A stretch of DNA of 64,000 bases from an uncultured Enterobacteriaceae bacterium (GCA_964655065.1 CAZZLC010000019.1:1-64000); one strand, 5' to 3'; shown: positions 9,452 to 19,374, counted from the stretch's first letter. Made by a program: numbers and translations. The notes: generated from the letters alone by a model not told the origin.

Positions 9452-9528
9452 CGCTTCTCCTCCACCGTCGGCGAGTACCAGTCCGAAGGCAACGTAGTCT
9501 GCGCGACCGATCGGACAACGACCAACCG

Positions 9529-10224
9529 GTGTCCCGGGTGACCACTACCCATTGTCGCTCGAGGCTATCTTACGTGCACTGGGGAGGGGCATTGCACAGC
9601 GAGACCACCCTCGGCGTCGCGGAGCGGGTCGGATGGCTCGGGATTGGTGCGCTCCTGCTCGTCGGGACCGTGCTCGGAGCCGGCATCGTCTCCGAGCAGA
9701 CGACCGTGGGCGTGGACCTGCTACTGGCCGGCGCGTCGGCCGCGGCGATCGGGGCGGCGACCTGGGTGGGCGGCACGCTGCGCACGGTGGCGTCGCTGCC
9801 TCTGCAGATCGCCCCCGTCGTCTCGCGCGGCGTGTCCGGAGGTCAGCCCGTGTACCGCTTCCGGGCCCAGCTCGGTCGAGGACGCACGCTCCGTGACCCC
9901 GTCGCCACAGTGAGCTGGCTGCCCGACGGCGGCGACGAGCAGGCACTCGAGCCGTGGATTCCCGCGGATTCCCTCTGTGGCCCGTTCACCTTTCTGGCCC
10001 GCGACCCTCGGCGGGTCGTCACGGGCGAGGGGCAGTTCGTGGTCCGGCTCCAGGTCCGGGCCGACGGCGACGCCTGGGTCGCCGAGCAGCGCATCGACAG
10101 CCAGGCGGTCACCGAGGGCCCGTTCGAGGGCGTGACGGTGGGGCGTCGGGGCGTGCGCTTCACGGGCGCGTGGCAGCAGGTCTCGGCCCCCCTGGAGTCG
10201 TCACCGGGCGACCGCGCGGAGTGA
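9529..10224 (+). CDS. hypothetical membrane protein
   Basis: Protein-like composition with two predicted TM helices near the N-terminus. An alternative TTG start at 9592 is preceded by GGGGAGGGG. The antisense ORFs across it are Arg-rich junk. Confidence 0.4.
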   Translation: MSRVTTTHCRSRLSYVHWGGALHSETTLGVAERVGWLGIGALLLVGTVLGAGIVSEQTTVGVDLLLAGASAAAIGAATWVGGTLRTVASLPLQIAPVVSRGVSGGQPVYRFRAQLGRGRTLRDPVATVSWLPDGGDEQALEPWIPADSLCGPFTFLARDPRRVVTGEGQFVVRLQVRADGDAWVAEQRIDSQAVTEGPFEGVTVGRRGVRFTGAWQQVSAPLESSPGDRAE

Positions 10225-10230
10225 GACGGT

Positions 10231-10881
10231 TCAGCGAGTCGCCTGGCTGACCGTTCGGGCGGCCTGCTCCCCGATCACCCGGCTGCCCTCCAGGGAGGGG
10301 TGGACCCGATCGGCGACGAAGTAGGCCTCGTCGGTCACGCTCGAGACGTCCACGAACCAGGCCCCGGGCACCCGCTCGGCCAGCGCCGCGACACGACGGC
10401 CGAGCTCCACGAGCTCCTCGTCGCAGCGGTCGAACCCGAAGCGAGCTCCCTCGGGGAATCGCGCGTAGCCGACGTACAACACGCGCGTACCCTGCGTCCG
10501 GGCCTGTTCTACGAGGTCGACCAGCGCTCCCGACCGTGTGTCGGCGGCGATCAGCTCGTCCATGACGGCGTCGCACGCCTCGCAGCCACAGCGCCCGTTG
10601 AGGTCGTTGGCGCCGCCGTTCAGCAGGAGCCAGTCCCAGGAGCCATCGAGTCGCTGCTCGGGGACGGTGGTCACGCCGCCGCCCGGAGTCACCCAGGCCC
10701 CGTTCTGCGCCACGTTGGTCACGACGTGGCCCGTCCGGTTCGCCACGATGTCGGGGATCGAGGCTCCCCGGCCCCGGTGTGCAGCGAGGATGCTGTCACC
10801 GACCGCGAGGATTCGAGCAGGCGAGGAGCGCTTCGGCGCGCACGCGAGGGTCGTGGCGAGGAGACAGAACAACCAGGTCAT
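10231..10881 (-). CDS. SGNH/GDSL-family hydrolase lipoprotein
   Basis: ATG at 10881. Lipobox 'LLATTLAC' is followed by an 'ILAVGDSI' GDS(L) block and an 'LLLNGGANDL' block. The upstream part of the 753-aa ORF is junk. Confidence 0.75.
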   Translation of the reverse strand: MTWLFCLLATTLACAPKRSSPARILAVGDSILAAHRGRGASIPDIVANRTGHVVTNVAQNGAWVTPGGGVTTVPEQRLDGSWDWLLLNGGANDLNGRCGCEACDAVMDELIAADTRSGALVDLVEQARTQGTRVLYVGYARFPEGARFGFDRCDEELVELGRRVAALAERVPGAWFVDVSSVTDEAYFVADRVHPSLEGSRVIGEQAARTVSQATR

Positions 10882-10941
10882 CGACGAGCTCCCGCTACCG
10901 GGCGTATAGGCTCGTCCGATCGTGCGCGAGGAGATCCCGCG

Positions 10942-12135
10942 GTGAATCTGAAGCTCGACCTCGTGGCGCTCGTCGTCGCGAACATGGTGGGGGTCGGCGT
11001 GTTCGCGACGTCGGGCCTCGCGTTGGCGGACGTGCCCGACCCGTGGGGGTTGCTCGGGCTGTGGGGGCTGGGCGGCGTCTACGCGGCCCTCGGGGCCCTC
11101 GCCTACGGCGGGCTCGCCCGGGCGCTTCCCGACAACGGCGGTGAGCACCACCTCCTGCGCAGTCTCGGGTACCCGTCGCTCGGGTTTGCCGCGGGGGTGG
11201 TGTCCCTCACCGCGGGGTTCGCGGGTCCGCTCGCCGCGGCCGCCCACGCACTGGATGCCTACCTGGGGACCGGGGCCGGGGCCCTCGCGCTCGTCGGCTT
11301 CGGGTTGCTCCACGGTCTCCGCGCGGAGCTCGGGCTGCGGCTGCAGACGCTGGCCGTGGTCGCCAAGGTCGCGCTGGTCGGGCTGGTCGTGGGGTTGGCG
11401 CTCGTCGCCGCGGGCGAGCTCCCTCCCGCGGGGGCCGAGGTGGCGCCGACCGCCGCCTTCGGCGTCTTCGTCTGGATCACCTTCTCGTACACGGGGTTCA
11501 ACGCGGCGGTGTACCTGGCCGGTGAGCACCCGCCGGCCGATGTCGCTCGCGCCGGCGTGGTCGGTGCGCTGGCCGTGACCGCGCTCTACCTCTCCCTCAA
11601 CGCCGCCTTCGTGCTGACCGGACCCGTCGCGGACGTCGTGGGCCGGGAAGACGTCGCGGTGGCTGCCGCCGAGCGGGTGGGCGCCGAGGCTGTGCTCGTG
11701 ACCCGCTTCGTGGCCGGCACCGCCCTCGTCACCTCGGTGAGCTCGCTCGCGGTGGCGGGGGGCCGGGTGGTTCAGAGCATGGCCCGGGCAGGCGATCTCG
11801 GTCCGTTCCTGGTAGGGCTCGGGGACCGTCCGGGTCCCGGAGTGGTTGGGATCGCGGGGCTCGCCCTCGCGGGCTACCTCGTGACCGACCTCCGGGAGAT
11901 CCTCGGCTTCGCAGGGTGGATGCTCGCCGGGAGCAGCACGCTCGTGGTGGCCGCAGGGCTCGCGGGCGGCGTTCTGAGAGAGGTTCGGGCCGCCTCGGCG
12001 GCCTTCGTGACGGGCACCGTGCTCGTGCTCGTCGGGTCGGCCCAGTACCAGCCCCGGCAGGCGGCACTGGCGGCAGGCGCGTTCGTGGTGGCCGCGCTGG
12101 CCCACCGGCTGCGGGCCTACGTCGCGCGCGACTGA
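10942..12135 (+). CDS. APC-family amino acid permease
   Basis: GTG at 10942 is preceded by a GAGGAG RBS. The protein is polytopic and Gly/Ala/Val-rich, with an 'FSYTGFNAAVYLAGE' APC consensus region. It is divergent from the SGNH gene. Confidence 0.8.
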   Translation: MNLKLDLVALVVANMVGVGVFATSGLALADVPDPWGLLGLWGLGGVYAALGALAYGGLARALPDNGGEHHLLRSLGYPSLGFAAGVVSLTAGFAGPLAAAAHALDAYLGTGAGALALVGFGLLHGLRAELGLRLQTLAVVAKVALVGLVVGLALVAAGELPPAGAEVAPTAAFGVFVWITFSYTGFNAAVYLAGEHPPADVARAGVVGALAVTALYLSLNAAFVLTGPVADVVGREDVAVAAAERVGAEAVLVTRFVAGTALVTSVSSLAVAGGRVVQSMARAGDLGPFLVGLGDRPGPGVVGIAGLALAGYLVTDLREILGFAGWMLAGSSTLVVAAGLAGGVLREVRAASAAFVTGTVLVLVGSAQYQPRQAALAAGAFVVAALAHRLRAYVARD

Positions 12136-12160
12136 AGCGGGAGGGCTGCGAGACCGCGAC

Positions 12161-13189
12161 TCACCGCGTCTCCTCGTCCCAGCCGATGACCACGAGCTGG
12201 TTGTCCGCGACGGCGGAGACGGAGGTGAGAGAACGGTTCTCGCCCAGCAGGAAGAACGAGGTGCGCTCGTCGAGCTCGATGCCGCAGGCGTCGGGAGCCG
12301 CTCCCCACGCGCCGCCGTCGCGACGGACGAGGAGGCGCCGTGCGTAGCCCGACAGCAGCGCGACCTCGACCATGGCGACCTCGGTGTGGGCGCTCGCGGC
12401 GGTCCGGTAGGGCAGCGCGAGGGGGGTCGTGGGCGGGACCGAACCCTCGGGGGCGAGCGTGAGCAGCGACAACGGCGCATCGGGGGGCTCACGCTCGACG
12501 ATGGCGCCGTCGAGGTCGATCCAGGCCAGCTCGGTCGCGTCGGAGCCCTCGAGGTTCAGGAGCACGCCGAGCTTGCCGGGGGTCGACACCAGCGCCTCGA
12601 CGGCGACGATCGGCGGTAGCGCGGCGAGGGCCGGAGCACCCACCTCCAGTCGGGTCACCCCGATCGTCGGTGCGGCCTCCAGACCCGGGTAGACCTCCTC
12701 CGCCACGTAGGCGAAGCCACTCTCGGCCGCGTCGTCGCAGGAGGCCGCGGCGTACGCGGGCACGAGCGTCGGCTCGAGGCTGCAGGTCCAGGCAAAGGCC
12801 TCCCGCGCCGGCAGCTTTCCGGGGTGGCTCCCCGCGAGGCGCACGTCGACGGTGAAGTCCTCGCCGGGCACCCGACCGGTGAGCACCTGCTGGTCGAACG
12901 CGTGGCACAGCTCGTGGCGCAAGGCGGTGGCCATCTGCTCGGGCTCGTCTTGCCCCACCCAGATGTTTCGGCGCACCGATCGGTAGCGGCCCTCGACGCG
13001 CCAGTCGCGCACCGACCACACCTCGACCTTGGTGAGGCAGAGCTCGGCCGGAGCCGAGGCCCGAGCAAACGTCTGCCAGACGTCGTCGAGCGTGGACTCC
13101 TCGATTGACGAGGCGCCCGTCACGGGCAGCGTCTCGGGGTCGTCGGAGCAGACCTGGGAGCGGCACGCCACCAAGAGAATCGCGATCAT
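12161..13189 (-). CDS. lipoprotein with HExxH (zincin-like) motif, putative metallopeptidase
   Basis: ATG at 13189 overlaps the upstream stop (ATGA). Lipobox 'LLVACRS'; 'RHELCHAFD' contains an HExxH motif. The rest of the 624-aa ORF is junk. Confidence 0.65.
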   Translation of the reverse strand: MIAILLVACRSQVCSDDPETLPVTGASSIEESTLDDVWQTFARASAPAELCLTKVEVWSVRDWRVEGRYRSVRRNIWVGQDEPEQMATALRHELCHAFDQQVLTGRVPGEDFTVDVRLAGSHPGKLPAREAFAWTCSLEPTLVPAYAAASCDDAAESGFAYVAEEVYPGLEAAPTIGVTRLEVGAPALAALPPIVAVEALVSTPGKLGVLLNLEGSDATELAWIDLDGAIVEREPPDAPLSLLTLAPEGSVPPTTPLALPYRTAASAHTEVAMVEVALLSGYARRLLVRRDGGAWGAAPDACGIELDERTSFFLLGENRSLTSVSAVADNQLVVIGWDEETR

Positions 13190-15996
13190 GGGTTGGTGAC
13201 GGTCCCCTGCCAGTGGTCCTTCGCGCGCGCGCTCGTGGCGATGCCAGCGCGAGACCCGTTGATGCGGCCGACCCAGTCGTCGGGCCACACGTGGATGCCG
13301 CCCCACAGGCGCGACTGCCCGGCCTGGTCGGCGGCGTCGTAGTAGGACGCCCACTGCAGACGAACCTCGACGCTCGGCCCCTGCTCGAAGACGAGGTAGC
13401 CGTTCTGCCGGGCCACGAACTCGTGCAGCCCGCCGGGGAACCACGGCGACCCGGTGTACGCCGTGAGCGCCTCGGCTGCGGCGCGCGAGAACGTGCTGTG
13501 GCCGGACGTGTAGCCGGGGAACGCGGGGGTCACGAAGGTGCGGCGCTGGTAGGGGATCCAGTCGAGGGCCCGCATCCACCGGAGCTCCGTGAACTCGCCG
13601 TCGCGGTCTCCTGGCTCTCCGGGCCACGACCACACCGCGAGCTCGCCCAGGTGGAACTTCAGGTGGTGGTGTCGCGCGCCGGGTGCCGCGCTCTCCTCGG
13701 TGATCAGCTCGACGAGTCCGGGCACGAGCGGAAGTCCGTCGGGCGAGTAGCTGGGCAGGTCGGGGTCGGTACGCTGGCCGTTCTGCGCCATCCACCGGAT
13801 CAGCGTGATGGGTCGAGGGCCGAGCGTGTCCCGCTTGAGCTCCCAGGCGCTGATCGCGGCGTCGTGGACCGCGGCGGTGACCGTCAGGTACAGCCCGACG
13901 TCCCACGCGAGCCGATCGACGGGCTCCCCCTCGCCGAACGGGACCAGCTCGTTCGCGGCGAGCCGATCGCTCACCTCGTTGGCGATCTTGGTCCAGTGGC
14001 CCGGTGGGGTCTCCGACGACGGACCATCCGCCCACATCTCGGCCACCACCCGCGTGAAGTCGCCGCGCGGGACCACGTTCGGGGCATAGGGCTGGCCGGT
14101 GACCGGGTTGAGAGCGTAGCCGTTGCCGTCGTCGGCCCCGAGCGTGTTGTTCCCCCGGCCGGCCGGCCCGATGTCGATCTCCACACCGTCGAGGTGGTCG
14201 AGCTCGGCGGTCTTGCGGATCACCTCGACCACCCAGTCCACCATCTCGGGGTCACTCACCCGAGGCCCTCGCGGGAGCCCGTCCCCGTCGACGAGGCCCG
14301 CGGTGGGGTCGGCGTAGCGTCCCGTCTCGGGGTCGGGCTCGATGGCGAAGGGCTCCACGGACCGCCAGTGGGGGCCAATGTAGTCCTGCACGCTGCTGTC
14401 GAGCACGATCCCGTTCTGGGTCTCGGCGGTGGCCAGGTTCAGCTGCTGCCAGACGTCGGGATCGTCCACGCTCACGCCAGGCCGGTCGACGACCAGCACG
14501 GGGTTGGTCGGAGTCCACCCGGTGGTGTCGGCGTAGCCGTTGCGCTCGTTGGCGCCGTCTTCGAGGAAGCGGTCGATCACCGCCTGCCCGACCCGATTGC
14601 CGACCGCGATGCCGTCGTTGCCGTCGATGTGGGTGTCGTCCGGGTCGAGGCCCAGCACGTCCATGAACCGGTCGTAGCAGTCCAGGCTCACCTCGCCCCC
14701 GACCGCGCCCGCGTAGCGATGGGCGAGGACCCGGTAGGCGGCATAGGCGATCGCGGTGTCGGGATCGCCGGGGGCGGCCGTCTCCTCGGCCACCACGGGC
14801 ACCGCGGTGTCCTGGTAGGCGGCCCAGGCGTCGAACATCGCGATGGAGGTGTGCAGCAGGTTCCGGGCGTGGACCGGCGGATCGGGGATGTCGCGGCGGA
14901 CCGAGTTCAAGAGCTGCTCGTTCCACTGGCGGGCCATGCTGCCGGTCGGGAAGGGCTGCACCGCGTCGTCGGGACAGCTCGGTGGCGGGGCCACCACCGC
15001 GTCGGGCACGAACAGATCGTCGCCCACCGTGGCGGAGACGACCCCCTCGTCGAGGGCGGGGGACAGCACCCCGCCGCCCACGGCCCAGACGTCGCGGCCA
15101 TCGGACCACAGGGCGTGCACGGAGTCGGGCTCGGTGGTGAAGCCGAGATCCACGGTCTCGTAGTCGCGGCGGCCTCGCCTGGTCGCCGCATACCCGAACT
15201 CGCCGACCACCCAGGTGTGCCGGCCGTCGACGAAGAGGCCCTGCAGGAGGGGCGCTCCGGGCGGGGTCTCGTCGACGAACCCGTCGATCCCGCCGCGGAT
15301 GACCACGCCGCCGGCACTGCCCCCCACCGCGACCACGTCGTCGTCGTTGCCCGACACGGTGAACAGCGCGTCTCGGGTGCCGGAGGGAACGACCGAGAGC
15401 TCACGGCCGTCCCAGTGGAGGACCGTGCCCAGGCCGCCCACGATCCAGACGTCGTCGGCGCTGCGGCCCCACACCTTGAACAGCGAGGGCAGTTCGCCGT
15501 CTTCGGTCCGCGGCAGGTCGTCGGGGAGGTCGACCGTTCGCCAGGCCTCGCCGTCGTAGCGCCACACGAACCCGTCGCGGCCCGCAAAGCCGCCCACCGC
15601 CCAGACGTCGTCCGGTGAGACTCCCCACAGGCCGAAGATCGTCTGCAGGCCAAAACCAGGGGTGCGCATGCGCTCGAGCTCGTCGCCGTCCCAGCGGAGC
15701 ACGGTCGACCCGCCGCCGGCCAGCATCACCTCGTCGGCCGACCAGGCGTGCACCCACCAGAGCGGGTGGAGCTGGTCGTTGTCCACTGGCTCGAGCGGGC
15801 CATCGTCGCGGCTTCGCAGGACCACCGGCGGATCCGTGATCCCGGGCTGAGCCCCGACCACCCAGACGTCACCGTCCGCACCGGCCACGCTCGTGAACGC
15901 GGCGTCGGGTACCTGTGCCCGTTCGGTGAAGGCATCATCTGCCTTGCAGGCTCCCGTCGCGAGGAGGGAGAGGGCCAGCCAGGGACGCAGCGTCAT
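13186..15996 (-). CDS. large lipoprotein: N-terminal beta-propeller-like repeats plus C-terminal PAP2/vanadium-haloperoxidase-like domain
   Basis: ATG at 15996 has a GGAGG RBS; lipobox 'LLATGAC'. Six repeats of the 'D(D)VW(A/I)VGG' type form the N-terminal region. The C-terminal region carries KX6RP ('KRDTLGPRP'), 'TSGH' and SRX5HX3D ('SRLWGGIHVWPD') motifs. Confidence 0.75.
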   Translation of the reverse strand: MTLRPWLALSLLATGACKADDAFTERAQVPDAAFTSVAGADGDVWVVGAQPGITDPPVVLRSRDDGPLEPVDNDQLHPLWWVHAWSADEVMLAGGGSTVLRWDGDELERMRTPGFGLQTIFGLWGVSPDDVWAVGGFAGRDGFVWRYDGEAWRTVDLPDDLPRTEDGELPSLFKVWGRSADDVWIVGGLGTVLHWDGRELSVVPSGTRDALFTVSGNDDDVVAVGGSAGGVVIRGGIDGFVDETPPGAPLLQGLFVDGRHTWVVGEFGYAATRRGRRDYETVDLGFTTEPDSVHALWSDGRDVWAVGGGVLSPALDEGVVSATVGDDLFVPDAVVAPPPSCPDDAVQPFPTGSMARQWNEQLLNSVRRDIPDPPVHARNLLHTSIAMFDAWAAYQDTAVPVVAEETAAPGDPDTAIAYAAYRVLAHRYAGAVGGEVSLDCYDRFMDVLGLDPDDTHIDGNDGIAVGNRVGQAVIDRFLEDGANERNGYADTTGWTPTNPVLVVDRPGVSVDDPDVWQQLNLATAETQNGIVLDSSVQDYIGPHWRSVEPFAIEPDPETGRYADPTAGLVDGDGLPRGPRVSDPEMVDWVVEVIRKTAELDHLDGVEIDIGPAGRGNNTLGADDGNGYALNPVTGQPYAPNVVPRGDFTRVVAEMWADGPSSETPPGHWTKIANEVSDRLAANELVPFGEGEPVDRLAWDVGLYLTVTAAVHDAAISAWELKRDTLGPRPITLIRWMAQNGQRTDPDLPSYSPDGLPLVPGLVELITEESAAPGARHHHLKFHLGELAVWSWPGEPGDRDGEFTELRWMRALDWIPYQRRTFVTPAFPGYTSGHSTFSRAAAEALTAYTGSPWFPGGLHEFVARQNGYLVFEQGPSVEVRLQWASYYDAADQAGQSRLWGGIHVWPDDWVGRINGSRAGIATSARAKDHWQGTVTNP

Positions 15997-16055
15997 GGTG
16001 TCGACCTCCGAGGGGGGGGACGAATCCACAATAGCGCCGCGAGCGGCAGGTCGTG

Positions 16056-16721
16056 TCAGAGAAACCAGGGGTGGGCCAGCTTCAGCGCGTAGCCTCCCGC
16101 GATCCCCACGACGAAGCTGAACCAGGTCCGCGCGGTCATTCGTCGCACCCCCAGGGGGTTGGGCAGCACCGTGGTCTGGGCCTGGAACTCGGCGTAGCGA
16201 GGCTCGCGCCGCTGCCGGTGGTCCTGGTGGAGGGGGCCGAGCGTGCTGAGAACGAACAGGGAGCCCCAGAACCAGAGGTCGGCGGGCCAGCCGTTGACCA
16301 CGACGTGTCCGGCTGCGAGCAGGGCGGCGCCCACGGACTGGGGATGTCGGGTCACTGCGGCGATGCCACGTACCGTGGTGTCGGCGGTGGCGAGGTCTCC
16401 GTGGTGGGCCCCCAAGGCGTTGGGCGGGGCGTCCAGGGCGCTCGCGGCGAGCAGGCCAGTCCCGAACAGCATGACGAGCTCGAGCGGGCCCGTGACCGCC
16501 GGGTCCCGCACCACCCACAGCAAGGGATCGTCGGTGCGGTGAGCGAACCACAGCCAGACCAGCGGGACGAAGATCCCGAGCTGGACGAGCGAGTACAGCC
16601 CGAGGAAGGGCCCGTTGCCGAGTCGCTTCACGAGCGCGTCGCGCACCGGCGCGTGAGAGGGAACGAAGTGCAGGACGACGAACGCGACGGACAGGGCGGC
16701 AATGATGGGGAGCACGGTCAC
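16056..16721 (-). CDS. NnrU-family membrane protein
   Basis: Polytopic protein. The 'TRHPQSVGAALLAAGHVVVNGW' block resembles the NnrU/ICMT-like RHP motif. Confidence 0.7.
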   Translation of the reverse strand: MTVLPIIAALSVAFVVLHFVPSHAPVRDALVKRLGNGPFLGLYSLVQLGIFVPLVWLWFAHRTDDPLLWVVRDPAVTGPLELVMLFGTGLLAASALDAPPNALGAHHGDLATADTTVRGIAAVTRHPQSVGAALLAAGHVVVNGWPADLWFWGSLFVLSTLGPLHQDHRQRREPRYAEFQAQTTVLPNPLGVRRMTARTWFSFVVGIAGGYALKLAHPWFL

Positions 16722-16825
16722 CTCCGGCTTCCACTACCCAGGCTACACCCCGCGGCCTCCCTCGCGAGGGAGACGCGACCCCTCCGGGCGGGACGGCCCC
16801 CGAACCCGCGAGCGCGCGGTGAGTC

Positions 16826-18328
16826 CTATCGCGACGCCTCCGCCTGCTCGTGGGACTGGGCGAGCTGCTCGCGGAACAGCCGCCGCTCCACCTCGTGCAG
16901 CAGGGCCTCGAGCCCCTCGCCCGTCCTGGCGGAGACCGCGATGCCGTCGTACTCGTCGAGGCGCTGCCGCAAGACCTCCGGCTCGGCGATGTCGGACTTG
17001 TTCCACACCATGAGCTGGGCGGTGTCCTCGACGCCGAGTCGCGTGAGCACGTCGGTGACCGCCCGCACGTGATGCTCGACGTTGGGGTCGCTCGCGTCCA
17101 GGACGTGGAGCAGCAGGTCTGCCTCCTCGAGCTCCTCGAGGGTCGACTGGAACGCGGCCACCAGTGTCTGGGGCAGGTCCTCGATGAACCCGACCGTGTC
17201 GGTGAGCACGATCTCGCGCATCTCGGGGAACCGCATGCGTCGGGTGGTCGGGTCGAGCGTGGCGAAGAGCTGGTCTTCGGCGGTGACCTCCGACCGGGTC
17301 ATCCGGTTGAGCAGGGTCGACTTGCCGGCGTTGGTGTAGCCGACGATGCTCGCGACGGGGATGGACGACCGCTCTCGGCGCCCCCGCTGGGTCGCGCGTC
17401 GCTTGGTGAGCTGGGCGAGCTCGCGCTCGAGACGGGTCACTCGCTCCTGGGCTCGTCGCCGGTTGATCTCGAGCTTGGTCTCTCCGGGTCCACGCCCGCC
17501 GATTCCACCGGTGAGACGAGACATCGCGGTCGGCATCAGGGCGAGGCGCGGCATGCGGTAGCGAAGCTGGGCGAGCTCGACCTGGAGCTTGCCCTCGCGA
17601 GTGGTCGCGTGCTGGGCGAAGATGTCGAGGATCAGCTGGGTGCGATCCAGCACCTTGAGGTCCGTGCTCTGCGCGATGTTGCGGAGCTGCGAGGGGGAGA
17701 GCTCGCGGTCGAAGACGAGCACCTCGACCCCGAGGTGCATCGAGCGCACCACCAGGTCCTGGAGCTTGCCTTGGCCGATCACGGTGCGGCCGTCGAGCTT
17801 GCGGCGCTGCTGAAGCACCTGATCGACCACCGTGAGCCCCGCGGTGTCGGCGAGCCGTGCGAGCTCCGCGAGCCCGCGGCGGGAGTCCTCGACGCGACCC
17901 GTAGACACCGCCACGAGGATGGTGCGGTCCTTCCCTTCGATGCGGGTGAGCTGGGGCGAGCGCGCGAACTGCGCCTCGAGGTCGGTGATGAGCGCGAGCC
18001 AGTCCTCGTCCCACCGGTGGACCGACGGCACCTTCTCGACCCGGTACAGCTTGTCGGCCCCAGGCGCGCCCACGGCCTCGGGCTCGGGCGGCAGCAGGGT
18101 CGCGAACTCGATCTCGCCAGGCAGCCCGTCGGGAAGCGCACGGATGGTGGCCACCGCGTCGAGCTGAAGCAGGGCCAGGTCGGTGAGGTCGTCCTCGGAG
18201 AGCCCGCCAGGGCTGAGGTTGGTGAGGAGGAGCCGCACCCCGCGGAACCGCGCCGCGCCGGCGCGTCGGGGTCCGAGGTCGGGAAGGAAGACCCGGTGGG
18301 CATCCCCGACCACCACGCGGTCGACCAC
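16826..18328 (-). CDS. hflX: GTPase HflX (with N-terminal extension)
   Basis: Collinear with E. coli HflX from 'KDRTILVAV' onward. Shared motifs include 'LSPSQLRNI', 'DRTQLILDIFAQHATTREGKLQVELAQLRY', 'GPGETKLE', the G1 box 'GYTNAGKST', 'DTVGFI' and 'NKSD'. The start is uncertain because the reading frame stays open upstream as far as 18955; candidate GTGs are at 18328 and 18316. Confidence 0.8.
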   Translation of the reverse strand: MVDRVVVGDAHRVFLPDLGPRRAGAARFRGVRLLLTNLSPGGLSEDDLTDLALLQLDAVATIRALPDGLPGEIEFATLLPPEPEAVGAPGADKLYRVEKVPSVHRWDEDWLALITDLEAQFARSPQLTRIEGKDRTILVAVSTGRVEDSRRGLAELARLADTAGLTVVDQVLQQRRKLDGRTVIGQGKLQDLVVRSMHLGVEVLVFDRELSPSQLRNIAQSTDLKVLDRTQLILDIFAQHATTREGKLQVELAQLRYRMPRLALMPTAMSRLTGGIGGRGPGETKLEINRRRAQERVTRLERELAQLTKRRATQRGRRERSSIPVASIVGYTNAGKSTLLNRMTRSEVTAEDQLFATLDPTTRRMRFPEMREIVLTDTVGFIEDLPQTLVAAFQSTLEELEEADLLLHVLDASDPNVEHHVRAVTDVLTRLGVEDTAQLMVWNKSDIAEPEVLRQRLDEYDGIAVSARTGEGLEALLHEVERRLFREQLAQSHEQAEASR

Positions 18329-18384
18329 GCCGTTTCGGTCGAGCAACAAGCCGACCCGACGGCCGAGGCTCCGACTGATCTCGG

Positions 18385-19374
18385 TCAGCGCTCTCGCGAG
18401 CGTCGGGGAGACGAAGCTGCGACGGTCGACGCGCCGTCCGTAGAGGGCGCGGAGGGCTCGGGACTGCTGCTGCTTGAGGCCAGCGGTGTTGCCGTAGAGA
18501 GGCTCCAGACGAACTCCTGGTTCAATCCCGCAGAGGTATCGACCGCGAAACGCCCCCGCCAGCCCGCGGACCGGGCGTGCTCCCGCAGTCGCTCGACGTC
18601 CGACGCCGACACACCGGCGACCTCGATCTTCGGCGCCACCGTCTCGTAGAGGGCCTCGAAGAGGACCATGGCCGCGAGGAGCTGGCCAGCGGGCGCCGCG
18701 TGGTGGAGATCGTCGTCGTGCAGCGCCGTGTCGGGATCTTCGGCCAGGGTGGCCTCCCAGACATCCCCGACCGGAGCGACGGTGGCGCCGACGTCCTCGG
18801 CGGCTTGCGTGTAGTGCCTGCGGAGCTGGGCCTGCATGTCGCGGGGGCCATCGAAGCGGGTTCGACACAGCGCGTGGTCGGGGTGACGGGCCCAGGTCTC
18901 GAACAGCACGAGGCGGGATCCGGGCGATGTGCGAGCGACGCGACGGGCAAACCACCTCACGTCACGGGCGAAGCCTGTCGGATTGCCCGAGGCGGTGGGT
19001 CGCGTCGAGTGCTCCTGCAGCACGACGACGTCCCAGTCGCCCTCGGCGACCGCGGCGCGGGTCTCCGGGCTGCGACGGTGAAAGGCCAGGTCCTTGCCTC
19101 CTGGTGCGACCTGTCTCACCTCGGGGGCCGGCCAGCCCCCCGCCACCGCGAGCTCCCTCACGAGCGCGGGCACGGGGCCGCGGTGGGTGTAGCTGTTGCC
19201 GACGAACAGGATGCGCAGACGTCGCTCCAGGTGCACGGGTCCGTCGTAGCTTCCGACGAGGACGACGTCCGGGGGGGACGGCGGGGGCACCTGTGGCGGG
19301 CCCGATTGGCCAGCGAGGGTCCACAGCAGCACCAGGGCCCGCAGGGCGGTGCGGTAGGCAAGCGCGATCGACAT
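18385..19374 (-). CDS. secreted SGNH-like hydrolase-fold protein (DUF4886-like)
   Basis: ATG at 19374 followed by signal peptide 'MSIALAYRTALRALVLLWTLAG'. 'ILFVGNSYT' and 'VVVLQEHS' blocks are present. The C-terminal tail is Ser-rich and low-complexity. Confidence 0.65.
   Translation of the reverse strand: MSIALAYRTALRALVLLWTLAGQSGPPQVPPPSPPDVVLVGSYDGPVHLERRLRILFVGNSYTHRGPVPALVRELAVAGGWPAPEVRQVAPGGKDLAFHRRSPETRAAVAEGDWDVVVLQEHSTRPTASGNPTGFARDVRWFARRVARTSPGSRLVLFETWARHPDHALCRTRFDGPRDMQAQLRRHYTQAAEDVGATVAPVGDVWEATLAEDPDTALHDDDLHHAAPAGQLLAAMVLFEALYETVAPKIEVAGVSASDVERLREHARSAGWRGRFAVDTSAGLNQEFVWSLSTATPLASSSSSPEPSAPSTDGASTVAASSPRRSRER

Noticed and set aside
16743-18649. Large ORFs (16743..18014 minus, 16850..18649 plus) overlapping hflX
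   Set aside because: Alternative-frame or antisense ORFs with Arg/Ala/Gly-rich low-complexity translations. HflX homology is only in the 16826..18955 frame.
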